Program-made: the position numbers and the translations under genes
Source: a virus
Reading direction: 5' to 3' (one strand)
IMG/VR virus record: IMGVR_UViG_3300000553_000177
DNA: 32,874 bases
Shown: one piece after another, positions 24,321 to 32,678 of the stretch
Layout of the letters: each line of letters opens with the position of its first letter
Position numbering within the stretch: position 1 is the first letter of the stretch
The notes under the pieces: generated by a model
Database searches by the model: none
The model's input: the letters and a program-made list of their open reading frames with translations, nothing else
Told to the model about the DNA's origin: nothing

Positions 24321-24728
24321 TTATAGATTATATTTTAGAGTATCTCTCCATAGTTCAAAGTCATTTAGTTTATTTATAAAGTTAAAGGTTTCTGTGTATT
24401 TAAAATAAAAATCTTCACCATTATGGATTGGTAAAATCGTTTTCATAAATGTTACAAGGTCTTTCATTTGGTCACTATATGTTTTTGCATCATCGTTCAT
24501 TACGAATGATTTGAAATTTCTATTATCTGTTATTAATGTGCTTAATTTGTATTTTGAATTTGTAAAAACAATGGCGGCATATTCGTCACTTGTTTCTTTT
24601 TTTATTTCAAATTCAAATTCATTTGTAATTTCAATTATTTTTTCATATAGTTGTATTAGTAATGGATTTGTTTCATCATATGATAATTTTTCATAAACTT
24701 TTTGATAAATCGTTTTAATATATTTCAT
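24321..24728 (-). CDS. family A protein (135 aa), MKYIKTIYQK...TLKYNL; the first gene of array 4
   Basis: ORF track. Confidence 0.6.
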   Translation of the reverse strand: MKYIKTIYQKVYEKLSYDETNPLLIQLYEKIIEITNEFEFEIKKETSDEYAAIVFTNSKYKLSTLITDNRNFKSFVMNDDAKTYSDQMKDLVTFMKTILPIHNGEDFYFKYTETFNFINKLNDFELWRDTLKYNL

Positions 24729-24765
24729 TCATTTATATATAAAATTTTTATTTTAGGAAAAAGAG

Positions 24766-25026
24766 TTGTATATTTATTATATGGGAGTAATTTGTGAGAA
24801 TTATAGTAAATGTAAATTAATAGAAGGTTTTGGTCCTTTTGTTTGTAGACATCATTTTGAGCATGATTATCAAAATGCTTGTGATGTATCAAATTGTGGT
24901 TGGTTAAAACATATTTTGATAAATGATAAGTCATTAAAGATAAAGATTAATTATATTGCGGTTTGTGTAGATTATAATAGGTTAGTAAGGAAGGAAAAGT
25001 TAAAGAGGATTAATGAAAAATTATAA
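24766..25026 (+). CDS. Cys-rich family B small protein (86 aa), tail VRKEKLKRINEKL
   Basis: ORF track. Confidence 0.5.
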   Translation: MYIYYMGVICENYSKCKLIEGFGPFVCRHHFEHDYQNACDVSNCGWLKHILINDKSLKIKINYIAVCVDYNRLVRKEKLKRINEKL

Positions 25027-25280
25027 AAGGTAATTATATCATACAATGTAAGAATGTTGATGAATCTATAAAGGTTCAAAAAATTTTATTTTCTGTTGGT
25101 TCAATTGTTAATCTTAGGTATGGTTGGTTAAGAATAAGTGAATCTAAAATTATAGCGTTAGGAGAGCCTTACAAACATTTGTATTGTTTTTATATTAACA
25201 TTAAGAATTATAAATATATGACTGCTAATATGTTAATGCGGAAAATAAAATTGGAGAAGTTAAAATCAATTAATATATGA
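25013..25280 (+). pseudogene. paralog of 20770..21054 (KGNYIIQCKNVDESIKVQ...MRKIKLEKLKSINI) with an insertion of about 13 nt after ATGAAA that shifts the frame; no in-frame ATG
   Basis: manual translation; compare ATGAAAGATAATTATATAGTATGTTGTAAG (20769) with ATGAAAAATTATAAAAGGTAATTATATCATACAATGTAAG (25013). Confidence 0.45.
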
Positions 25281-25465
25281 AGAAGGAAAAGTTAATATGT
25301 GAGTATAGTGATAAGTGTACTGTTGGTGTTAAGTGTGTACATTATCTTGTACATGATAAGACAACAGGTTGTGGTCACTTTGGTTGTGATCAGGTGGATA
25401 ATGCAGTTTGTGTGAGTATTAAAGAGATAAGGAAGAGAAAGTTAGAGAAGTTAAATTCATTATAA
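25277..25465 (+). CDS. Cys-rich family B small protein (62 aa), tail IRKRKLEKLNSL
   Basis: ORF track; ATGA overlap. Confidence 0.5.
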   Translation: MKKEKLICEYSDKCTVGVKCVHYLVHDKTTGCGHFGCDQVDNAVCVSIKEIRKRKLEKLNSL

Positions 25466-25783
25466 ATTGTATTTATTAGCGTCAAGTCTCATTTCAACAT
25501 ATTGTACGGCTTCTTGTATATAATTAGTTTGAAAAACAATATTAATGACATTGGAGGGACAGCGAAAAGAAGTGTCATAATCAATTTTTTTTAGTTTGGT
25601 GTTTTTGTCAGGATAAAAGTCACAGTATAGTTTGGGCCAGGTTGAGTATCTTTTGATTATAATAAAATCATTATCTTCTGGTATAAATTTTAATATTTCA
25701 TATATATCAAAATGAGTTTCTACTTCTTCTTCTACTATAAATTTTTCATAATTAGAATTTTCGAATGTTTTTAAGTATTTCAT
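25460..25783 (-). CDS. isolated family A small protein (107 aa), MKYLKTFENS...ANKYNL
   Basis: ORF track. Confidence 0.6.
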   Translation of the reverse strand: MKYLKTFENSNYEKFIVEEEVETHFDIYEILKFIPEDNDFIIIKRYSTWPKLYCDFYPDKNTKLKKIDYDTSFRCPSNVINIVFQTNYIQEAVQYVEMRLDANKYNL

Positions 25784-25836
25784 AGAAATTATATATAAAA
25801 ATTTTTTATTAAATTATTTTTTATTATATTTAGATT

Positions 25837-26154
25837 ATGAAAATGTTTAAAATAGAAGAAGGTTTGGTATTATACTGTAAGAAGGACACTCATATTTTTA
25901 ATAAAGAAAAGATAAATAAAGGATCGGAGTGTAAAATTGTTGCAGTTCAAAGATCTACTATATTTTTTGATAACACTTGCCAAATAGATTATGATAAAAA
26001 GGGACTTGCTATAAGTATTAAGAAAAATGGATCTGATTTTTCTTTATTATTTATGAGCTTTAGGAGCTATGACTACGAGTATATTTGGGATCATTTTATA
26101 CTAGAGGAATTATATTTAAGGAAGCAAAAACTAAAAAGGCTGAGTAGTTTATGA
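25837..26154 (+). CDS. family B small protein (105 aa), tail LRKQKLKRLSSL
   Basis: ORF track. Confidence 0.55.
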   Translation: MKMFKIEEGLVLYCKKDTHIFNKEKINKGSECKIVAVQRSTIFFDNTCQIDYDKKGLAISIKKNGSDFSLLFMSFRSYDYEYIWDHFILEELYLRKQKLKRLSSL

Positions 26155-26176
26155 ACTATATTAATAAGGAAGAATT

Positions 26177-26776
26177 ATGAGAAAAATTAGTTTTTTTATT
26201 CGTAGTAATAATATTGAGGATTATAAAGAGTTTATAATCTTAGCTGATCGGTATGGGTTTAATACTAGTAATTTAGAAAATTTAAGAATAGATGATCAGG
26301 GAAAACTTTTTGTAAAAAAGTTTGGTGTTCGTTTCCAACCGATTGGAATTGGAATCATCAGTGATATACCTGATCATGTTGTGGACACAAAATTTGATCT
26401 ATGTTCAAGGGTTTTTTTGGCTTATGAAAATTATGACATTGCAAGGGAAGTATTAAAATCATCTGATATGGAAAAATATATTAGGATTTATAAACATAGA
26501 CTTAGAAAATTCAAACATCATATTCAAGGATTATTAAAAGATAAATTAAAGAAGTATCCATATTTTGAGATTGGTGAGGAGGTTTATAGTGACATGGATG
26601 TTAAATATCGTTGGATAAAAGAGTTGGGTTATACTTATTTTGTAATATTGGGTTATACTTATTTTAGTAGTGGTTGGGAAATAAGAACACAGAAAGGTTA
26701 TTCTTTTTTTGAGACTTTGAATCCTAGGTATAAGAAGAAAATTCGTAAGTATAAGTTGAAGAAAATTGGTTTATAG
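26177..26776 (+). CDS. family B protein (199 aa), tail IRKYKLKKIGL
   Basis: ORF track. Confidence 0.55.
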   Translation: MRKISFFIRSNNIEDYKEFIILADRYGFNTSNLENLRIDDQGKLFVKKFGVRFQPIGIGIISDIPDHVVDTKFDLCSRVFLAYENYDIAREVLKSSDMEKYIRIYKHRLRKFKHHIQGLLKDKLKKYPYFEIGEEVYSDMDVKYRWIKELGYTYFVILGYTYFSSGWEIRTQKGYSFFETLNPRYKKKIRKYKLKKIGL

Positions 26777-26784
26777 AATATTTT

Positions 26785-27090
26785 ATGATTTTAAAAATTG
26801 GAGATATAGTTAGGGTTAAATCAATCCAGTGGTATAACAAGAATAAAAAATATTGTGTACATGGTCCTGGCCCGTATGGATTTGTAGTCAAGAATACAAC
26901 AGTTAATTTTACAGACCATATGAGTACATATTGTGGTAAAATTGGTATCGTTGTTGGTTATTTACCTTTTGGTTATGATATTCAATTTGAAGATGAATCT
27001 CAATATTATCGTTACGTATGGACAAATGATATGTTGGATTTGGAGAAGTTAATACGTAAGAAAAAATTAGAAAAGATTAAAAAAATGTAA
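26785..27090 (+). CDS. family B small protein (101 aa), subfamily GD.V.VKS..WYNKNK, tail IRKKKLEKIKKM
   Basis: ORF track; paralog of 31249..31530 and 31791..32063. Confidence 0.55.
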   Translation: MILKIGDIVRVKSIQWYNKNKKYCVHGPGPYGFVVKNTTVNFTDHMSTYCGKIGIVVGYLPFGYDIQFEDESQYYRYVWTNDMLDLEKLIRKKKLEKIKKM

Positions 27091-27093
27091 AAT

Positions 27094-27393
27094 ATGAAAG
27101 TAAATGATATTATAATTTGCAAAAAAAATTATAAAATTTATAAAAAACATGCGAGATATAAAATCACAAATATAATTATCAATGATTCTATATTTCATCA
27201 AGATTGGATAGTATGTGGGGACGCAGGTATGCGAGCCCAGTTTGGTTTTGGTTTGCATTTTTCTTTGATAGAAGTAGAAAATTGTAATTATTTTTATAAT
27301 TATTTTTATACTTTGAAGGAATATCGTAAATTGAAATTAGGGAGAATAAATGAGAGTTCATTTAGAAATAAATGGAGAAAAATATGGTTTTAA
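27094..27393 (+). CDS. family B small protein (99 aa), tail YRKLKLGRINESS
   Basis: ORF track. Confidence 0.5.
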   Translation: MKVNDIIICKKNYKIYKKHARYKITNIIINDSIFHQDWIVCGDAGMRAQFGFGLHFSLIEVENCNYFYNYFYTLKEYRKLKLGRINESSFRNKWRKIWF

Positions 27394-27599
27394 TATGTGT
27401 ACATTCGGCTAAAGGTTTTACTATTGGTAAAATATATAATAACTTTAAAAATTCTCATGTGTCTGCGGATTTTTTTGTTGGCACTGATGATAACGGTAAA
27501 TCTATTTGGGCACTTAAAGAATATTTTACACCACTATCTTTACATAGAAAATTAAAATTAAAAAAATTAGATGGCATTAGTGAGAGCAAAGATCTATAG
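27372..27599 (+). CDS. family B small protein (75 aa), tail HRKLKLKKLDGISESKDL; converges on an orphan family A KYNL end motif
   Basis: ORF track; GATCTATAGATTATATTTTT is a palindromic Leu-stop junction. Confidence 0.5.
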   Translation: MEKNMVLICVHSAKGFTIGKIYNNFKNSHVSADFFVGTDDNGKSIWALKEYFTPLSLHRKLKLKKLDGISESKDL

Positions 27600-27718
27600 A
27601 TTATATTTTTCCATTTCTTTTTTAAGTTTAAGATCTATTATCATATGTTATTAGATATTCCTTGTAAGGGAATGTAGCCGTACGGTCGTTTATTTGTAAA
27701 ATTTGTCCTATTCTATTT

Positions 27719-27928
27719 TTAATCACTACCTGCTTTGGATGCATTTATGTGTGATTCACTAAATCCGTGTGAAGAACTATGTGAACTTGAAGATGAATGT
27801 GAAGAAAATGAATGTGAAGATGAGGAAGAATGTGAAGAAGATGAACTGTGTCCACCGCCACCTCCTCTTGGAAAAAGGGGTGATGTAATCATAAACATAA
27901 ATGCAATAATAATACTAATTTTTTTCAT
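27719..27928 (-). CDS. secreted His/Ser-rich low-complexity protein (start taken at MKKISIIIAFMFMITSPLF)
   Basis: signal peptide, then G5-(HSSSSS)n repeats; the antisense Glu/Cys-rich ORF is a mirror artefact. Confidence 0.45.
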   Translation of the reverse strand: MKKISIIIAFMFMITSPLFPRGGGGGHSSSSSHSSSSSHSFSSHSSSSSHSSSHGFSESHINASKAGSD

Positions 27929-28159
27929 ATTGTTTTTTTTAAGTGAGTGAATATTAATTAAACATGATTGAATAAACAACAATAGTAACAACTGTTGTCA
28001 CGAACAAAATTGCAACAACTAGCTGCAAATTGCTAACCAAAACTTCCTTTTCTAATACATTTTTCATATTTGTTTTCGTTTATAATGCAAAGATAAGGAA
28101 AATTATTAAAAGAAAAAAAAATAAAAGGGAGTCTTTTGAACTCCCTTATAATAAGAACA

Positions 28160-28924
28160 TTAAATTTCTATTTGTTGAACAACCCAAAAATCACTTGCTA
28201 AATTTTTATTTGTCAAATAAGAATAAGGAATATAAAAATATCCTTTATCACCCCAACTTGTTCCCCAGCTATTCATTGTAATAAACCATTGTTTAGTATC
28301 ATCATATCCACAGCACATTACAGCGTGGCCACCGAGTATTGATTCATATGGTCCTGGCATTGGAACTATACCAGTTTTTGCTACAGAGTCACTTTCAAAT
28401 GATGAGTAAACAGTAAACCCATAAACAAAAGGAAATCCACTAGCAAGTGTACCTTTCATTTGATCTAAAGTTTGGGTAACCGCTTGATATTTAACTGCTT
28501 GATGTAATAACGCTTCTGTGTAGGATTTGGTTGTAGGTTTAGTTTTAAATTTACTTATAATATATGGCCATGTAGTTTCAGTACAAGCACCTTGTAGATT
28601 TAGTGTTTTAATACCATCACGAATTTCAGCACCTGCATCTTGTTTTACTGTTCCTTCAATAACTCTTTCATTATAATAAATAAATAGTCTTGATGGTTCA
28701 AATTGAATTTTAGATTTTTGTTTAATTTGATCAAAACGATGTGCAGCTGCGATTGCATTTGCAGTACATGATCCTAAATTTGATTGATCCACAACGGGTG
28801 GACAATTTGTTCTCAAATCAATTTTAGGTGGTAAAGATTTTAATATGCTTTCTGAGACTGTAAATTGATAATCTCTAAAATCTGGAATTTGTGGCTTCCA
28901 GCCATACCTTTGAATTTTTCTCAT
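28160..28924 (-). CDS. papain-like cysteine peptidase (C1 family), no signal peptide
   Basis: Q...GSC (DQSNLGSCTANAIAAA), His (GGHAVMCCGYDD) and Asn/Trp (NSWGTSWGDKGYFY) active-site motifs. Confidence 0.65.
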   Translation of the reverse strand: MRKIQRYGWKPQIPDFRDYQFTVSESILKSLPPKIDLRTNCPPVVDQSNLGSCTANAIAAAHRFDQIKQKSKIQFEPSRLFIYYNERVIEGTVKQDAGAEIRDGIKTLNLQGACTETTWPYIISKFKTKPTTKSYTEALLHQAVKYQAVTQTLDQMKGTLASGFPFVYGFTVYSSFESDSVAKTGIVPMPGPYESILGGHAVMCCGYDDTKQWFITMNSWGTSWGDKGYFYIPYSYLTNKNLASDFWVVQQIEI

Positions 28925-29032
28925 TTTTTATATTTTTCTTGTATATATATTTTTAAATGAGTCAATGAAGCAAAAGTGTAAAAAATACTTTAACTTTGTT
29001 CATAAATTTTTGTTCACGGGTGTTATTTATAA

Positions 29033-29441
29033 TTCTGGAGCATTAAAGAAGATGAAAAACAAGCAATTGAAAATCACTTATAAATTATATTTTTCTATAT
29101 CTCTTTGAAATGGATATGAAGTGGATAGGGTTTTTAAAGAAGTTGCTAGTGGAATGAATGATAATAGAAAAGAATTAAATAAATTACTTGAAATTAAATA
29201 TAAATATATAGTTATAGAACATAAAGATAGGTTAACTAGATTTGGCTTTAATTACTTGGAAACTTTATTGTTCAGACTAGGAACAGAAATAATAGTAATC
29301 AATAGGGATAGAGAAGATGAAACAGATTTAATTAAAGATTTTATATCAATTATCACATCATATTGCTGTAGATTATATGGAATGAGACGATGTGAAACAA
29401 AAAAAGAAAAAATATTAGAGGTAATAAATGATAACCATTAA
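29033..29441 (+). pseudogene. tnpA: IS607-family serine recombinase TnpA: an N-terminally truncated and disrupted remnant. The C-terminal ~105 aa are intact from a GTG at 29121
   Basis: NGYEVDRVFKEVASGMNDNRKELNKLL...IVIEHKDRLTRFGFNYLE...SIITSYCCRLYGMRR matches the IS607 TnpA C-terminal region. The upstream frame (..KEDEKQAIENHL*) is interrupted by a 20-25 bp junction-motif-like insert at 29079-29103. Confidence 0.6.
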
Positions 29442-30723
29442 ATTAAAATACAAATCCAACACTGATTTTCAGGATTTTCTTTCAAACCTTCAAAGACAAT
29501 TCTCCAATGTCTATAGATATAGTTATAATAGATTTTATGATGGTTTATCAAAAAAAGAAATTTACCACCTCATTCCATCTCTAAACAACGTAGAACTCAT
29601 TAAAGGTAGATTAATTAATGATTGTATTGATTTTGCTTACAGATTATATGAAAAAGATAAAAAATCAAACCATAAATCAATCTTCGGCGGTAAAAAGAAT
29701 TTCATCCTGAAATGTAAAGAAAAATTAACAAATGAACAATTTTCACAGAAAAGGTTAATATCGTTATATTTTCAAGGTGAAACTGCTAGATCAGGTAATA
29801 GAAATTTTAACCTTGATATCCTTAATAACACAATAACATTTAAATATAATAAACAATTCCATTTTGATTTATCTGTTAAACCATCTAAAAACCAACTAAA
29901 ACAATTAATCGAACTTCAGGATCTATGTAATCAAAAGAAATCAAAATTTACAATCACTTTAAGTCATGAATTTATTAATATTAGTTTTGAACCAACAAAG
30001 CATGAAGTGATTGATTTAATTGATGATAGGTTTGTTGGAATTGATTTAAATCCAACAAATATTGGAATGTCCATTTGTAATTCCAAGATGGAAGTGATTG
30101 ATAGTTATGATTTTGAATTCTCTGAAATCATAAACAAGATAAAAAAATCAAAGGTAGCAAGTAATTCCAAGGAAATGAAATATTTGAATAATAAATTGGA
30201 TTATGAAATATTGAATATAAGTAAAAAAATATCAGGCATATCCAAACATTATAAATGTAAATTTATATTTATAGAGGATCTAGAATTTAAAAGTAAAAAT
30301 GAATGGAATAACAGGTTATTAAAGAATTTATGGAAAAGAAATATTTTCATTCAGAATTTAGAAAAGAGATGTGGGATAGCCAATCAGAGGTTATTCAAGG
30401 TTAATCCGGCATATAGTTCATTTATAGGTAATTGTATGTATGATATTGTAGATCCTGTAAATTCTAGTATGGAAATTTCTAGAAGGGGTTATGAAATAAT
30501 AATAAATAAGTCAAAGAAATTTTATCCAGTAGTTTGGTTAAAAGAGTCATTAAAACACCAATGGAAGGAAAAGGTTAGTGATATACCAGATAGTTGGAAA
30601 GAGTTATTCGATTTAGTAAAAAACTTGAAATTGAGTTATCGAGTTTCATTAAAGGAGGATGTAAATGATTTTAATGTTTTTAGTAAAAAAGTTAGGATGT
30701 ATGATATTTATCAATTTTCTTGA
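29428..30723 (+). CDS. tnpB: IS607-type TnpB (OrfB / Fanzor-like RuvC nuclease), 431 aa
   Basis: RuvC-I GIDLNPTN, RuvC-II FIFIEDLEF and a later D in a degenerate zinc-finger region; position after tnpA; AGAGG 8 nt before the ATG. Confidence 0.6.
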   Translation: MITIKLKYKSNTDFQDFLSNLQRQFSNVYRYSYNRFYDGLSKKEIYHLIPSLNNVELIKGRLINDCIDFAYRLYEKDKKSNHKSIFGGKKNFILKCKEKLTNEQFSQKRLISLYFQGETARSGNRNFNLDILNNTITFKYNKQFHFDLSVKPSKNQLKQLIELQDLCNQKKSKFTITLSHEFINISFEPTKHEVIDLIDDRFVGIDLNPTNIGMSICNSKMEVIDSYDFEFSEIINKIKKSKVASNSKEMKYLNNKLDYEILNISKKISGISKHYKCKFIFIEDLEFKSKNEWNNRLLKNLWKRNIFIQNLEKRCGIANQRLFKVNPAYSSFIGNCMYDIVDPVNSSMEISRRGYEIIINKSKKFYPVVWLKESLKHQWKEKVSDIPDSWKELFDLVKNLKLSYRVSLKEDVNDFNVFSKKVRMYDIYQFS

Positions 30724-30806
30724 TAAAGTCATATTTTTCTATATTTTTTCTAACTCTATTGAATAATAAACTTTATTATCTTTTTGATATTTTGTTTTGA
30801 AAAACT

Positions 30807-31154
30807 TCAAATAATTGTACCAATTTCTAAAACAACACCATTTGTTGAAGTATCAGTAAATATAATTACATTGTCATCTTCATCTTTATCCATTTCTCCC
30901 ATCACTTCATGCTCAGGAAAATAATTTGTAACTTTATCATTACATATAATAATATCACTACAACATGAACGATAACCATCACTTGGATCTTCTGTTGCTT
31001 TGTATGTTATTCCATCTAATATAAATGTAACAACTGTAGCATCTTCATCCTCTTCTGATTCGGTTGTTATGTCAACACCAGATAACATATGTAAACCAAC
31101 TAAACTTTTTAATTCAACTATATTATAGTTTTCAAATAATTTTATATATTTCAT
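30807..31154 (-). CDS. family A-like protein (115 aa), MKYIKLFENY...; C-terminal motif lost; degenerate junction downstream (TACAATTATTTGAAGT)
   Basis: ORF track; N-terminal motif; downstream ATG mutated to ATT. Confidence 0.5.
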   Translation of the reverse strand: MKYIKLFENYNIVELKSLVGLHMLSGVDITTESEEDEDATVVTFILDGITYKATEDPSDGYRSCCSDIIICNDKVTNYFPEHEVMGEMDKDEDDNVIIFTDTSTNGVVLEIGTII

Positions 31155-31248
31155 TTTGTTATATATAAATTTTTTTATTTTAAAAATATTTAATATATTT
31201 GTTTAATATGGAATATAAAGATATGGAATACGATTTTAAAGAAATTGA

Positions 31249-31530
31249 ATGAGTGCAGGATATAAATATAAGATAGGTGATGTTGTTTATATCAAAGATT
31301 TAAATTGGTTCAAAAAACATCAGGGATGGGAATTTGGTGTAATGTTTATCAGCAAATCTATGTTTGAACATTGCGGTAAAAAGGCAATTATCACTAATGA
31401 ATTTGGTGGTTATAAATATGTGGTAGATATAGATAATCGCCATATTTATGCTGAGAAAATGTTTGAAACATTACGAGATGTTAGAAAAAATAAATTAAAT
31501 AAATGGACTTCAGTAAGATACAACACATAA
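31249..31530 (+). CDS. family B small protein (93 aa), subfamily GDVVYIKDL.WF, tail VRKNKLNKWTSVRYNT
   Basis: ORF track. Confidence 0.5.
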   Translation: MSAGYKYKIGDVVYIKDLNWFKKHQGWEFGVMFISKSMFEHCGKKAIITNEFGGYKYVVDIDNRHIYAEKMFETLRDVRKNKLNKWTSVRYNT

Positions 31531-31805
31531 GTTTTACAACTGCTAAAGAGGCAGTTATAGTTGCTAAATTTCTTCAAAGCCTTGACTATAAGATTAAAAA
31601 AGAATATTTGAAAGAATCCTTCTATGAATGTAATTTACCTTTTGGTAATTTTGAAATTGCTCTTCTCTACTACTATTATGGATTCACTAAGCTTGGAAAC
31701 GGGGAATGGCGTTGTTCTAATGATGGTGGTGTTATATTTACATATTCAACAAAGGCTAAACATTTAATTAGAAGAGAAAAATTGAAAAGGTTAAACAGTT
31801 TGTAA
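31503..31805 (+). CDS. family B small protein (100 aa), tail IRREKLKRLNSL
   Basis: ORF track. Confidence 0.5.
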   Translation: MDFSKIQHISFTTAKEAVIVAKFLQSLDYKIKKEYLKESFYECNLPFGNFEIALLYYYYGFTKLGNGEWRCSNDGGVIFTYSTKAKHLIRREKLKRLNSL

Positions 31806-32063
31806 CTTTTTAAGTTTCATTTTTCTCATAGTTTTTAAATCATCCAACATATAATCTTGAAATACCCATTCATCACCTGCTATATCCAATAGGTAAAAAT
31901 CAGAATGGGCTGCTGTAACTTGTGCTCGCATGCCACAATACTGTTTCATTTCAGAAGTGAAACAATGTTGACCTTGCCGGCTAATACAATCATCAAAATC
32001 TTTGTTTTTATTATACCATTTCAAAGATTTTATAACAACAACATCACCCTCCTTGTATTTCAT
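31791..32063 (-). CDS. family B small protein (90 aa), MKYKEGDVVVIKSLKWYNKNK..., tail MRKMKLKKLQTV
   Basis: ORF track; paralog of 26785..27090. Confidence 0.55.
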   Translation of the reverse strand: MKYKEGDVVVIKSLKWYNKNKDFDDCISRQGQHCFTSEMKQYCGMRAQVTAAHSDFYLLDIAGDEWVFQDYMLDDLKTMRKMKLKKLQTV

Positions 32064-32367
32064 TTGTTATTTTTTTAAGTTTCTGCTTTCTAATAAGTTG
32101 TTCGTATGTAATCCTCTTATAATCAGTAATATCTGTGGCATTTTTAAATATGATATCCATATCTTTCATTGTCTTATATTTCATATCACAACTTTTACCT
32201 GTTAAAATATAAACATATTTCATATTTTTAAAAATTGATATGTTAAATTTTTTCAGTTGATGATTTCTTTGTAAATCATCCCAATAATAACCAAAACTAA
32301 ATAAATATTTTTGCAATTGAATAACATCAGAAACCTTTGTCTTTATTATAAGTTGTTTAAGTTTCAT
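32044..32367 (-). CDS. family B small protein (107 aa), tail IRKQKLKKITNEIQGG; a paralog of 12664..12981
   Basis: ORF track; shared LQKYLFSFGYYW segment. Confidence 0.55.
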   Translation of the reverse strand: MKLKQLIIKTKVSDVIQLQKYLFSFGYYWDDLQRNHQLKKFNISIFKNMKYVYILTGKSCDMKYKTMKDMDIIFKNATDITDYKRITYEQLIRKQKLKKITNEIQGG

Positions 32368-32678
32368 TTTATTTTAGTTTTAAGTTGCAATAATGCCTCT
32401 TTAATTGCTTCTTTGTCAAGATTATCAATGTTTTCAAGTAAAAAATCAATATCTATTTCTATAAGTTTTTTTAATTTGGCTTTTCTCTGTAATTTAAGAT
32501 TTTTCTTTTTATCTAAAATTGTTGGTGGTGCACTTTCTTCCTTTTCCTTTAATGGCGTAACATATCCACCACTACCCCAACCATAAAAACCTTTAACATT
32601 ATTTGCAGCGTGTTCTAATACTTCTTTAAAGGTGCCTTCAAAGTTGCCAAGAAACGCATTACTATGATGTCCACCCAA
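32364..32678 (-). CDS. protein with an internal family B-type segment (LKLQRKAKLKKLIEIDIDF) followed by an extra K/E-rich C-terminal domain. The N-terminal frame is open upstream (possible alternative start)
   Basis: ORF track; the in-frame upstream sequence ...GEDPNCDLGGHHSNAF has no ATG before a TAA at about 32753. Confidence 0.4.
   Translation of the reverse strand: MGGHHSNAFLGNFEGTFKEVLEHAANNVKGFYGWGSGGYVTPLKEKEESAPPTILDKKKNLKLQRKAKLKKLIEIDIDFLLENIDNLDKEAIKEALLQLKTKIK

Noticed and set aside
27735-27950. Glu/Cys-rich ORF (CEELCELEDECEENEC...) on the plus strand
   Set aside because: It is the mirror image of the His/Ser repeat gene on the minus strand, and only the minus-strand product has a signal peptide and a sensible start. 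This is a low-confidence rejection.
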